Part shown: positions 25,781 through 38,640 of the stretch, one piece after another
Numbering within the stretch: position 1 is the stretch's first letter
How the letters are laid out: the number at the start of each line of letters is the position of its first letter
Origin: Felis catus
Taxonomy: Eukaryota
DNA length: 64,000 bases
Reading direction: 5' to 3'
Assembly: GCF_018350175.1 (NCBI RefSeq)
Contig: NC_058368.1
Location: 30,816,001 to 30,880,000, forward strand
Notes under the pieces: model-generated
Database searches by the model: none
Seen by the model: the letters and a program-made list of their open reading frames with translations, nothing else
Told to the model about the DNA's origin: nothing
Translations under genes and position numbers: made by a program

Positions 25781-26151
25781 AAGCAGACTCTTTTTACCGT
25801 GCACATCTTCAGTGTGACCAAATCTTCTGTAGATTTCAGCCTGTTTTTTCTATCGTCTTTTTCCTCTTTATATTTCTTTCCTGGGTGTATTCCAATGTTC
25901 TTCCAACTATTACCTTATCATTTCCATGCTTCTTGCAACTTTAGCTTTCCCTGTGTTTGTAATTCTCCTCTTTCAGGTTTGACCGTTTGAAATCAACTTT
26001 ATGTTGCAAGACACATCCCAGATCTGCTCTCTGAACTTACTTTGTGTGCTTTTTAATTTTTTTACTTTTCTGTATGATTTACATATGTTTCTTATCCCTT
26101 TACTAGGTTTCGTTTTTTGTTTTTTGTTTTTTTTGAGAACCCAGACGATAT

Positions 26152-26179
26152 TTGTTGTTGTTGTTGTTGTTGTTGTTGT
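26152..26179. repeat. (GTT)n trinucleotide repeat
   Basis: Directly visible. Confidence 0.95.
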
Positions 26180-26224
26180 GTCTCTTCTATTGCTGGTAGT
26201 GAGTAAGCATTCAAAAATACTTTT

Positions 26225-26420
26225 GGGAAGCACCTGGTTAAGGGTCCAACTGAGCCTCAGGTCATGCTCCCCATTTGTGTGTCAGAGGCCTGTGTCAGGC
26301 TCTGTGCTGACAGCTCAGAGCCTGGAGCCTGCTTCACATTCTGTGTCTAACCTCTCTCTCTGCCCTTCCCCTACTCACACTCTGTTTCTCTATCAAAAAT
26401 AAACATTAAAAAAAATTTAG
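26225..26420 (+). mobile_element. Degenerate Can-SINE (A-box deleted)
   Basis: gcacctggttaagggtccaact, gctcagagcctggagcctgc, aaaataaacattaaaa. Confidence 0.88.
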
Positions 26421-26441
26421 AAAAATCCAACTTTTTGGGTA

Positions 26442-26655
26442 GGGTGCATGGGTGGCTCAGTCAGTTAAGCTTCTGATTCTTTATTTGAGATTAGGTCATG
26501 ATCTCAAGGTTCCTGAGAATTTGTGAGATCATGACCCACCTTTCTGGCTCTGTGCGCGGAGCCTGCTTGGGATTCTCTCTTTCCACCTCCCTCACTCATA
26601 CTCTCTAGCTCTCATTTTCTCTCTCTCAAAATAAATAAATAAAAATTAAAAAATA
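26442..26655 (+). mobile_element. Can-SINE (older type), tandem to the previous one
   Basis: gggtgcatgggtggctcagtcagttaagc, ggagcctgcttgggattctctc, A tail. Confidence 0.9.
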
Positions 26656-27125
26656 AAAATACTTTTTGGATTGACAATATTGTCAAGTATTCTGCCTAAA
26701 TCATTGTTCACCTATCACACCTTTACTCTTTATTGGCCTATTTCCTAATAGGAAAAAAAAAATCTTTGAAACACAAGCATGTTACGCCGTTCCCACAAAA
26801 AGCTAGAGAAAGAAAAAACCAAGTCCTCTTAAGCTGATGATTGATAGTAATCTGAGAGGTGATATTTTGTTTGCTCATGTAGATTAAGTTGTAGGAAGGT
26901 TTGGCAATAAAAATAAATACTTCCCATGCTCCTTCCAAGTCTAGTATTACTGGTTATTGAAGCATATTTGTTATGAGGATTTTTTTTCTGTTTTTTCAGA
27001 CCTAAACACAGACTGCATGCTAAAATTGAATTCGAAAAATTAAAATTGATATTTTGGACTATCCCATACTTCTACCAGGTGCAGGGACAGGAGTTGAAAT
27101 TATTATGGTAACTAAGAATAAACTT

Positions 27126-27342
27126 GGGGCCCCTGGGTGGCTCAGTCAGTTAAGGGTCTAACTCTAGATTTCGGTTCAGGTCATGATCTGTCCATTTGTG
27201 AGTTCCAGTCCTCCACTGGGCTCTATGTTGACAGTGTGAATCCTGCTTAGAATTCTCTCTCTGCACCACCCCCCCCACCCCTGCCAGCTTACACACTCTC
27301 TCTCTCATGATAGATTAAATAAATTTTTAAAAATGAAATAAA
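27126..27342 (+). mobile_element. Can-SINE
   Basis: ggggcccctgggtggctcagtcag head; TSD-like aagaataaactt / aagaaataaactt. Confidence 0.9.
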
Positions 27343-27510
27343 AGAAATAAACTTTTAACACTTTCAAAACTTTTATTTAGAAAGTGTCTATGATAGGAGC
27401 TTTAATACATTTTTAGGACTTTATTGCTTTCTTTTCTTCTTTATTTGCTAGGGCTGACATTCACTATTCACAACAGCAGCTTCTTGAAGGACAAGATGGT
27501 AATTAATTTT

Positions 27511-27511
<1 letters not shown>

Positions 27512-27544
<33 letters not shown>

Positions 27545-27566
27545 AGAAAGAGAGAGAGAGAGAGAG
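27512..27566. repeat. (GT)n-(GA)n compound microsatellite
   Basis: Directly visible. Confidence 0.95.
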
Positions 27567-27900
27567 GAAGAGAATGCACAGAATAGCTAACTATACATAC
27601 TTCCCTTAACAACAGGCTCTTAGCTGTTACCATTTTATTTTCTGATAGCTGCCTGTGTTGCATTATTTACGATTATTTATTTATTCATTGTTTGCAATAG
27701 CATACAGCTCATCCTACTAGATTCTTCCAGTTGTCTATTTCTGCAGTTGGCATTCCAATCAATTAAGGGTTTCTATTGAACTGTCTCCTAATTTTCCTTC
27801 AACAGTCTTTCCTCCATAAAGAATGAAATACAGGACTAGATAAAAGCCCGTGTTTACATATGTATGCCCTTGTTTTTTTCCTTGTACTTGAATCAAGTTA

Positions 27901-28135
27901 TTTCTTTTCTTCTTTCTTTTTAAATTTTTTTTTAATGTTTATTTATTTTTGAGAGAGACAGAGACAGAATGTGAGTGGGTTGGGGCAGAGAGAGAGGGAG
28001 GCACAGAATCCGAAGCAGGCTCCAGGCTCCGAGCTGTCAGCACAGAGCCTGACGTGGGGCTCGAACTCACAAGCTGTGAGATCATGAGCTGAACCGAAGT
28101 CAGATGCTCAACTGACTGAGCCACCCAGGCACCCC
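27901..28135 (-). mobile_element. Can-SINE (SINEC_Fc-type)
   Basis: Full body ending gagccacccaggcacccc. Confidence 0.94.
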
Positions 28136-30924
28136 TCGTTTTTCAAGCTTCCTTATCTCAAGCTGAATTTCCCGAGCATCACATCTTTAGTGGTGTTTCC
28201 TTTCATTCCAACCAAGCCAAAAAGCAAATTTCAACGTATTCACAATCCTAAATATCTCCAGTGCTTATCAGGCCATTTTGTGATGTTATTTCAGCAATGT
28301 GTCCCTAATTGACTCTGTGTGATAACCAATGTTATCATTAGACACCAAACGCCTAAATTATCCTTTAAGAGCCATAAACAATTTTCGTGAATGTGGTTCC
28401 TGCCCAAATAACTAAAATGTAGTTGGATATCTCCGTTCCACAGCTCAGATTCCCAATCACTCCATTATGACATATATTCGCACACATATCTCAGCACAAT
28501 CTCAGTCTGCCAGCAACCGTAGGATACTGGTCGTCAGTCTCTACGCGGGTTGATGAAAGTTGCTACCTGCAGTGTTTGAGGGTCTTAAAGTTCGCTGCTG
28601 TGGGTCCGGATGTATTTTAATTATGGCTGGCATATATGACGAAGGGCCGTTTCGTTTTTATGAGAAACAATATATTGTCTGTATAAAAGTGACCTTGTGC
28701 TGGAAAAGAAAGAATGAAAATAAGCATAGTGAATGCAAACAGACAATTTTTATGGGTAAAAGGAAAACGTTTTTTATGAGAGAGACCAATCAGTGAAATG
28801 TCCTCTAAATATTCCTCTTAATAAAGTGTAACATTTATTTTTTCGAACTCTCAGTTTTAGCTGTGTCCTTATCTAATACAAATAGTTTGAGGTGCCATAT
28901 GTTTATCATTCTGCCCAGTCATAAGGAACATCACAGACAGAGGTGACCCTGAGCCAGACAGAGAATCGGGGCTTCCTTTTCACTTCCCCGGTAATAAAAT
29001 CCCCAGGATAGCATTCCTGATGCCAATAAGATAACCTTTCTTCCTTCCTAAGACCTTCTAGAGCATTAAAGACTGTACCCAAGAGAATTGGGTTAAAAGG
29101 AGGAAGAAAATCTTCCTTTTGTTTTCTTCCCCTTTTCTATTTTTGAGATTACCTTGCTCATGTTTTGTTTCGCCTTTTCCATTTTCTGTTTCTGTCATAT
29201 CTTTGATACAGCCCTAGAGTCGCATGGGAATCAATACAATGAACTAAATGGCCTTAAAATTCCTGATGGCAAGTTGTGCCATTTTATAACTTCAACTCAT
29301 AAGTAAAAAAAAAAAAAAAGACTGTCTTTAAAATAAGGAGAAAATAGTTCTAATCTCATTCCTCTACAGTGTGGATGGTGCCCATTTGTTTAAAGAATTT
29401 AATGCTGGGGAAAGAGAGCCCATTTTGTAAATGCCCAGTCATTTGCAAACTCGAGGCACACACACTGGGTTTGGAAACTTGGGGGAAATGGCAAAATTTG
29501 CCATCAGTCGTTCACTGCATCCCTGTGTCAGCAGTGCTCCCAGGGAGAGCTGGTGTTCCATGTTCCAGGTTAACGAAGCTTTTAATGTTGCAACTTCTAA
29601 TGTCTTCCAAACCAGAACAGTCCTAGAAATAACGTGAATGTAACTGCATATCGGATGAGCGATTTGATAAAATTTTGCCAGAAAGTGTTACAAAGAAACT
29701 ACACACCTACGGAAATTCAGTGCCGTTTTGCTTACTTGTATCATTTAAGATATTTGTATTTTCTGATAGGTTACGATTATCACAGGGGGAGAAAAGTTTT
29801 ATTTTCCTTATCTTCCGAGTAAAGATTTGCATTTTCTGAATCAGAAATTTAAAACAATTGCTGTCAAGAATCTCTGACCCTCTTTGTCACCCAGTAGGTT
29901 TTCTTTTTTGTTGTGACTATGCCCAGTGGTAATAACTTCTTTGGAGGAATAATGTTATACTTGCTACTTATAAAAATAAAAATTCAGAACTATGTTAAGA
30001 AGTAAAATTCATCTGTATTTCTTAGACCCAGAAATAACCATTTTATAATTTGGTTGCATATTGTTGTAAGTGTCATAGCTAGGTAGGTGGATAGATAGGA
30101 AAGTATTTACATTTGCACCCATGTATATTATTTTTGACAAAACTGTGCTCATGCTAAGCATGCTCTTTTAGCTGATTTTTTTTTTTAATATATTGTCCTT
30201 CCGAATCACTCTTGGCAGAATTTCCCATCAGAGAAATACAGTGCCCCTGCCAGCCTGACCCCCGGTCCCATTTCTCTGGGATTCCATACCGGGTCACGCT
30301 CGGTGAAAGTCTGTTTCCTTACCAGTTGCTTTGGTACTGTGACCAGACTTAGTGCCAACAAGCCCTAGCTTAGAACAGTTCTTCCCCATGCATCATTAAG
30401 GCAATTCTGCCTTTCAGAGCTATATCCAAGATCTGGGGACTCACAGGCTTACGTCTGGTCATCCTGGATGGGGCAGAAATGTTAGCTCTTAGTCTGACCA
30501 TGGAAAGGAGCATCCCAGCCCAGGGCTCTGAATCCAAGCGCTGCGGGTAGTGGTTGCATAAGGGAAACACAAAAAAGAGTGCTTCGGGAACAGTTGCATG
30601 CGGGAGGGTAGCCCATGTGGCAGTGAGTGGAGAGATGCGTGGTTCTCTGTGACTAGCTAAAGCCAGAAGAGCTTCTGAGTCATCTGGAATCCTTCCAATT
30701 AAAAAGGCTGGGGTGTGAGAGTGGCAAAGGGCTTAGCAATTATATTATTAACCTGGCATAACTTAATGGGAGTCCATGCCAACGTCTCAGGAGTAGTTAT
30801 CATTACTTTGAACATATTCATTGATTTTTCTTTCTCCATTTAGAGGAATCTGGCAGGAAGAATGGTCACGCTGTCAGAACTGCTTTTGGAGCGTAGAGGC
30901 CACATCAGCAGATGATTGAAATCA

Positions 30925-31030
30925 TCTTTCATTCACTCACTCAGCAAATACTTAGCCTGTACCATGAGGCAGTCTCTTTACTAGGCACAGGGAATCAACG
31001 ATGAGTCGTATTGCCTGCTGAACCTCCTTG
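30925..31030 (-). mobile_element. Short L2 3'-end fragment
   Basis: ttcattcactcactcagcaaatacttag, tactaggcacaggga. Confidence 0.6.
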
Positions 31031-32950
31031 AAACTTGGAACGGCAAGTGAGCTTTGTTACATATCGAAGTCAGTTGCTAGTGAAGCCGAGTGTTAAATAT
31101 AAAGGAAAGTTTAGGATAGATCTAGAAATAGCATTGCTGCCGTCTGCAAAACCTACTGACATGAAATTCTCATTTAAGTACATGAATATGGGGAATCTGG
31201 GGCATACATAAATAAAGAATTCACCTGATACATTTCAAAAACTGCCTTCTGAACTATTTAATTAACAACCTATGAAAAATATACTCTTGAGACCTAAGTG
31301 GATAATAGATGTCACCTTTGTTCTATAAAAATGCTTTGCTACCCGTAAAACTTAATTTTAAAATGAACAGTCAGCATTTGCAACAAGCTGTCTCTCTAAA
31401 AGTTCCACCTATCCTGGTTTGACACAAATAATGAAGAAGGGCAACATTTACCCTCATCGCTACGGCAGGCAATTTTATTTATCATTGGATTGTAAGGTGG
31501 AGTATTGTCTCCAGAGTGTGAAGATTGACAGGGCAGATGGTCTTTATTGTTCCTAAAGGTCTCTTTAGTAAATGACACACTAATTCTTTAGTACTTTCAT
31601 CTATCTACCCTCCCCATGCAATTAAAATTTGGTGACACATTTTTATGGTCACTAAACGGGCATAAATTAGCATTAATTAGGGGTATTGTAAGGTAATTCC
31701 CTAATCGAGAAGTTACATGCACATGGGAGGGGCACAAGGACTACTAATAAAGTTCTCAAAATCACCTCTAACACTTTCACAGCAAAGAGGTTATGCTCCT
31801 GTCTTAGTAGGTATAGGCTTTTCAAAAAAAAAAAAAAGTTGAATTTTTATACTGGTCATATGTTTGCAGACACTTACCGTCTGTCTCCTTGTCCCCATGC
31901 CATCTGAGCCTGAGACACATAGATCTTTGGTAAGGAACACAGGCTCTTTGGATTAATTAATTCATTAGTTAATCAATAAGAGACCTGCCTTTTAGAGGGT
32001 ACCAATGTCTAAGGACTCTTAGACCGAGCATAATGGCTTCAAGAAGCCATTAGGTAGAAACCACAGTGAAGCATTTAAAAAGGTTTTGAAATTAGATCAG
32101 AGGCTAGCTGTCATCCTTAGGAAATTTCCCTCCTCCCAATATCCGAGGTATCAATTTAAATTGCTGCTATCACACGGGCAAGAATTATTTCTACCTTTTA
32201 GCATTCTTGTGGTCTTATAAAACGCAAGCACTCGCCTCCCAAGTAGTCATTCAATGCATTGATATTAACAAAAGGAAATTAATGGTAAATCAGCTGTTTA
32301 TGTTCTCAAATATAAACCAAGCTGTGGAGTAAGGAAGTCTTCTAGATAAAGAAAAAGATCTGCTCCGGGGCAAGGCCTAGCAAGATATGTTAACCCAGTG
32401 TGTCCCAGCACTCACCCAGGTATCATGTGACTCAGTTTCCAAATTAACAAAGCAGAAGTATCGCTGAAATATCCGTGGAAGGCAGTAATGTCGTTTTGTA
32501 GCAAAGTAGTACATTTGCTTATGCCAAACGCTGTTCTTGACCCCCTCCTTAGAGCAAATAGAGCAAGGAAGAGGATGGCAGGTGTGTGGTCTAATAAGCT
32601 TACCTTTAGATTGTGCCCAGTACATGTGGAAAATCACAGCCCTCTTCTGACTTGGCTTCTGCTCCTGCCAGCTTGCCTATGCTTCCCCTTTCAAAGATAA
32701 GATTGGTGGTCAGCAGCATTTTAGAAACCGCTTTCTCAGATGCTTCCCTTTCAAAGCTGCAAAAACTGTATATGGAGAGAGCATCAGTTTTGGACTGGGA
32801 AGAAGTGATAGAGAGTCATTGGGGCGGCTGCCCAGTTCTCCTTTACAAACATTTGGTCTCATTTTCTTCTCCATGGTCATTTTTTTTTTTTTTTTCCGCT
32901 TGAGCAAGGAGGAGAGAAATGAAATATTTTTTTTTCTTGGCTGCTACCAT

Positions 32951-33185
32951 GTTTTTTTTTTTTAAGTTTAAATTTATTTATTTTAGGAGAGAGAGAGCGA
33001 GAACAAGCGGGGGGGGGGTGCAGAGAGAGTGGGGGGGGGGGGAGAGAGAGTCCTAAGCAGACTCCACACTGTCAGCACAGGGCTTGCAGACCCTGACGCA
33101 GGGCTAAATCTCATGAGAACTGAGAGATCATGACCTGAGCGGAAATCAAGACGCTTAACCGACTGAGACCCCAAGCAAGGCACCC
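32951..33185 (-). mobile_element. Can-SINE with 15 bp TSD and two long G runs
   Basis: TSD cttggctgctacc[a/g]t at 32936-32950 and 33186-33200. Confidence 0.94.
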
Positions 33186-34920
33186 CTTGGCTGCTACCGT
33201 CTTGAGTTTGAATGATAAACAAATTTCTCATGTTAAACAGTGAAGATACTTAACATGTGCCCATTCCTCAGAACCCCTCCTCTTGTGTCACAAAATATTT
33301 TATATTAGCTAGCTGTCTTAGGTAAATTCTAAATGCTGATTTCAAGATTTGTCCCTCAAACAGAAGTTCTTTTGCATAAAAGGAGTCTCTGTGCTTTTAA
33401 ATCTTTCATTCTGTCCACTTTTCAACTCATCTGGTTTAGTGGAGCTCTTGTAACTCTTTGATATGATTTTCACCACTTGTAACCTTTATACCTTTTAGAA
33501 TTTTGTGCATGATGCTTAGTCCTTACCTTGTCAACAAGAAATAGCAGTACTGGTTTCTGCTGCTGAATATTTCATATTAAAATTCACAATATTTAATGTT
33601 TCTTAGGGAAGAAATTGGCACAACATCTCTATGGCGCATCTGCTGGGTATGGCTGTCAGTTATTATAATAGGGTTTCTAACAAATGACACGTCAAAGCCT
33701 TGACTTTCAAAGCCCTTATGCAGAGTGTCAATCATTTACTCTCTGCCTCTTCAAATGAGCATTCTTCCAAGAGCACCTTTAAGGATGTGTGCCCTGACTT
33801 TTCATCAAAAATTCTTTCTGTCCTTATTTTATCTTGTGGAAAATCTCTCCCGTAATGGAAATGTGAAAGGACAAAAATGACCAATTTTGAGTAATAATGA
33901 AGCATTTTTAACACTAATGTTCCATATTCTTTGTTCTGTCCTTTGAGCACATTGCTTGTTATCTTGTCTTTACCCCCACTGTCCCCTCCAACATGTACTT
34001 CTTTCTAAATATTCTATAAAATTTGGACAATTGTTTACAACAAGAGCCTCTACCAAATTGAGAAAGTTTCACTTTTAAATTTAAGAATGGGAGCACATAT
34101 ATAAAAAACAGAAATAAACAGAGGTTAAAAGTGCATCTTACTTAGAAGCCCTGAAAAACTATTTGGTTTACCAGGATTCTGAAACAAATTAGATGACCAA
34201 CAGCCATGACTATATGTAGTCAATAGTACATGGCATGCTGGTGATGGTTACTGGAGTCTGAACTGGACTTTGGGAAAGTAGGTATTAATTTTAGAAAACT
34301 TTTTCTGGAGATGGTTACTTAAAAAAGGAAGCGCAGTATAGTTTTAAGAAAACATAATTTTATTCTTTCCCTTAATTTGACTAGTATCAGGCAATTATTT
34401 TTCATTTCAAATAATGAATAATTTATACACTAATTTTATGAATCCTAAACAAAGTAAATAGTTTTGAAACCAGTAACATACTGACCTCCTTTCTTCCTTC
34501 CGCAAACAGATTCAATGCCTACTCTGTGCTCTGTACCAGAAATGCATGCATGGACTCTTGCCGTAGGTCTTTGCAGAGATACAGATTTAAACACAAATAA
34601 TATTAAATACTGAGCACTGTTGTTAATAGCTTTGCTTGTATCTTTTTCTTTCCTGGAGGTGAATTGAAGGTGATTTGGACAATTCAAACATTAAAAAAAA
34701 AAAAAGAAGAAGAAGAAGAAATGTTCTACCCAGTAACACAGAACTAACAATCGTTCCCTTACAAATGCACCCTCCTGGGTGCTCTTTATTAAATATAGAA
34801 TCTCTTTCATTTGAGTTGGCTCACTAGGCAATGAACTTATTTGCCTCACTGCTTTTTATATTGCCTGGCTGTTAGTAAATACTGGGTAACAAACAAGAAG
34901 AATAAACTGAAACAACCTAT

Positions 34921-35466
34921 TGATGATGTTGAGGACATGCTACCCCAAATATGGCGCCTCGCCAGATTATCTTAAAGTGGAGGGAGTTTGAGAGAAAGGC
35001 AGAAGCATAGAGGTCACCCTGACCTCCCCACCCTTGCCCTTCTTCCCTGAAAGGAGGAACAAAATCTCTCCTGTGAAAGATGCCCACCCAGTACCATGAG
35101 GATAGAAGATATCCTAATCACTAGAGATAGGGAATTTAGAGCCCCAAAGGCTGTTTAAACAAATCTTGTTAAACTGACTCTTATCTTTTTAAGTTTTACC
35201 TCTTCATCATTTACTACCCTAAGCCTAGACCTCCTTGTCTTGTCAATTCTTCACAAAGGTATTGTTTCTTTGTCTAAAAGGCAGAAAAGCTCCCTGCTCT
35301 GGTCACTTCAGGTCTTTATTCTCTTGTGAAGGCTCCCATGTACATATAAAAATTCAATAAAATCTGTATGCTTTTCTCGTCTTAATCCGTCTTTTTCAGC
35401 TTCATTTTCAGATCCAGCCAGAGACCCTAACAGGATCCAGGAAAATTTTTTTTTCTTCCCCTCCTC
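34921..35466 (+). mobile_element. ERV1-class solo LTR, MER34-like
   Basis: acatgctaccccaaatatggc, gattatcttaaagtggagg, ctgacctccc, tgtctaaaaggcagaaaagc, aataaaatctgtatgcttttctc, ends ttttcttcccct. Confidence 0.8.
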
Positions 35467-35921
35467 TATTCTCTTCTATAATCACTAAATTTAACCTTTT
35501 AAAACATTGATTTACACTTCTAGACTTTCTGGATCTAAGATCCAAATCAGGAGTATCAGATTCCCACAGAAACTGTTCTTTACTTGCAAAAGTATTAATA
35601 GGAAACCTAAAGAGGAATCCTTCAGGCAAACTTTGTGGGCTCAAGAGATTTGAATATAATCTGGAAAACACTTTTTTGCTTTCTTGTCTAAACCAACCCT
35701 ATAAACCTCATGAGGTTTGGCGTTCACTAATGTTTATTCCTTTTCCTTGGTGACAGGTGCAAGTCCCTCCTCAGGAAGCACTAAGTATGCTTTCAGCATG
35801 TATTAAGAAATAACTGTTTATTTACAGTTACTTCTCAGTGAGTGAACGAAAAAGGGAATAGGAAGAATTGGGCATCTCTTGCCAGAATCTGACAGCTTGA
35901 ACTTTATGAAAGATTGAAAGC

Positions 35922-36033
<112 letters not shown>

Positions 36034-37116
36034 CACACACGAGAGTAAGTGAGCCAGCCATGGAAACCTTGGTTTATATGTGAAAAAAATATTTTCCATC
36101 CTCAAAAATCTGCTCAAGAAATGAATAAAAACTCCCTTAATTTATGAGAGAAGGTAACTTAATTATGTAAATGAACAGGAGATTGACCCTGCCGTGAATT
36201 TTTAATAATATACTAATTGCCTGATAAGGAAATAAATTAGGCTTTAGTGGTAAATTTTTGTCTGAGTGTGCTGGGAGTTAGAGAGTCAACTCTGCTTTTC
36301 AATAATAGTCTTGGAGCTGATATTTAGTTTGTCAGATGAAAATATGGGCCTCTCTTCTGGCACGTGTTCTCTTGATTAAGTATTGACTTAAAATTTCACT
36401 AAGTCCATCTCAGTTCTTTCCTAATGATCTCTAAAATGAATCCCACTTGTCTCATCTGCTTGTTTACAAGACTGTAGAACAATGACAATTGGTTAATCAT
36501 GAAAGCTGAGGGAGGATGACTTTTTTCCTTAAACATTAGCAAGGAAGAAATTTTGCTCTTACACAGTCAGATTGGCTCACAGGAAAAGGGGTCATTTGCC
36601 TGTTGGGTTTTTGTTATGGAAGAGCTACTTGGAACTTTGAATAACTTTTGCAGAGTACAAAGCTCTTCTCCGTCATGTTTCCGTGAAATAAGATTTTTTT
36701 TTTCTCTTCACTTTGCCTTTACTTCAAGAATTTTAGAGAACAGATCAAAATAATTTCAGAAGAACACCTTGACTTCTTAAATGGTAAAAGATTTTTTTTT
36801 CTCTTCCTATAAAATCAAGACAATGAGTGGAGGGAAAGATTTAAACTTAGATTTATAACAGACAAAATTTCCAGGAGACTTAATATGAAAATATAGTGAA
36901 GAGGAAAGAAGAATTTTCTTTTACTAAATTAGTCTCACTTTACCAGGCCTATTTTCTTAAAACATAGTTCTTCCATCTTTAGAAAATAGCTAAGCACTGG
37001 AAGTAACTGATTGTACAAAGTATTTGGTCATTTCTTGTTGAAATGACTGTTGGGGTCTACTTAGCTGAAAGGTACAGTATTAAAGGGGATAGGAGTAGAG
37101 TTAAAGAGAGGAAAAA

Positions 37117-37330
37117 GGAGCACCTGGGTAGCTCAGTCTATTAAGTGTCCAACTCTTGGTTTTGATTCAGGTCATGATCTCACAGTTCTTGAGTTCAAGC
37201 CCTGCATAGGGCTTTGTGCTGACATCATGGAGCCTGCTTGATAGCATCTCTCTCCATCTCTCTCTGTTCCTTCCCTGCTTACTTGTGCATGCATGCTCTC
37301 TCTCTCAAAGTAAACCTAAAAAAATTTTTA
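37117..37330 (+). mobile_element. Can-SINE (older type)
   Basis: ggagcacctgggtagctcagtc, gagttcaagccc, catggagcctgcttg. Confidence 0.9.
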
Positions 37331-37538
37331 AAAGTGGGAAAAGGAAGCAGATATGTTTGATGAATTCATGGAGGTTATAGGTTAGCAGAAAAGACAAATG
37401 CTTATACATAATCAATTGAACAACTGAAAACACGTAAAGGACTCAGAAGCAGAAATATAGGAATTATGCAAGTATACTATGGGTGCTTACCTAAGTCTGG
37501 GGACTCAACTTTTCTTAACAAGTTAGATAAAAATTTTA

Positions 37539-37762
37539 GGGGCACCTGGGTGGCTCAGTCAGTTAAGCATCCGACTTCGACTCAGGTCATGCATGATCTC
37601 ACAGTCTGTGAGTTCGAGCCCTGCGTCAGGCTTCGTGCTGTCAGTTCTGAGCCTGGAGCCTGCTTTGGATTCTGTGTCTCCTTCTCTCTCTGCCCCTCCC
37701 CCACTGATGCTCTGTCTCTCTCTCTCTCTCAAAAAATGAATAACCGTTAAAAAAAATTAAAA
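37539..37762 (+). mobile_element. Can-SINE (SINEC_Fc-type)
   Basis: Full head and tail; TSD-like aaaaattttag / aaaaatttag. Confidence 0.94.
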
Positions 37763-37769
37763 AAAAATT

Positions 37770-38010
37770 TAGACCTGAAGGACCTGCAAGATCTGCAGAT
37801 ATTTGCTAAAAGGAATAAAAGGGAAGACATTCTAGTTTGAGGGAACAGCATATGTTAACGCTCTGAGGTTGAAGTCAGCAAGACCTGCTGCAGAAACAGA
37901 CAAGTCCTGTATGACTGGAATACACAGCCCATGAATGCATAGCAAGGTAGGAGGCTAAGAGAGACTGGAGGAGTAAGATCACACATGACCTTGCAGTGAC
38001 AAAATGTATC
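37770..38010 (-). mobile_element. L2 fragment
   Basis: gggaagacattctagtttgagggaacagcatatg, gatcacacatgaccttg. Confidence 0.6.
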
Positions 38011-38339
38011 TTTAAGCATGACTTGGTGTGACCAAAAAGCATAGTATTTCAATTTCAGAAAATACCCTTAAGCCTTCATATGTGAAAATAATTCTGAATA
38101 AAAAAAATTGTCATGTAAATTATTCTTATTCTCTTAAATATTCTTATTGAAGAATATTTGTTCAAAACATAAAGACTCATGGTCGGCTAAACTCTGACAA
38201 CCCAGCATTTCCATATTCCTTCTTTGATTTCGAATATGATGAGAAGACACTTTTCTTTCTCAAATGATATCGTACTCAGTTCATCTAACAGACATTTTGG
38301 GAGCTCTGCAAAGACTATTACTTTAGAAACTATGGATGT

Positions 38340-38425
38340 AGGAGACACTGACTCTCTTGGGGCCTGTTACTTTATCTGTAAGAAATGTAAAATAATGCCT
38401 TCCTTTCAGAGTTTTTATGAGGTTT
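38340..38425 (+). mobile_element. MIR core fragment
   Basis: ctcttggggcctgttactttatctgtaa, aataatgccttcctttcagagtttttatgagg. Confidence 0.6.
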
Positions 38426-38439
38426 GCCAATAGTTTAGG

Positions 38440-38640
38440 TAATGGCCAACACTTATTATATGGCAAATGCTGTTCCAAATGCTATCTGTGTAAGATTGAC
38501 TTCTTTTATCCCTACTACACCACTATGGGGTAGGAGTTATTAATCCATATTACAGCTAGGTGAACTGAAACACGGAGAGGGTCCATAAATTACTGCAGAT
38601 GATACAGGTGGTAAATGGCAGAGCTGGGACAGGAACCACC
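38440..38640 (-). mobile_element. MIR
   Basis: ccactatggggtaggagttattaatccatattacagctaggtgaactgaaacacggagagg, gtaaatggcagagctggga. Confidence 0.75.

Noticed and set aside
30820..31050. Possible plus-strand exon after ttttctttctccattttag (similar acceptors near 26998, 39203 and 63141)
   Set aside because: No convincing donor or reading frame, and part of it is L2-derived.
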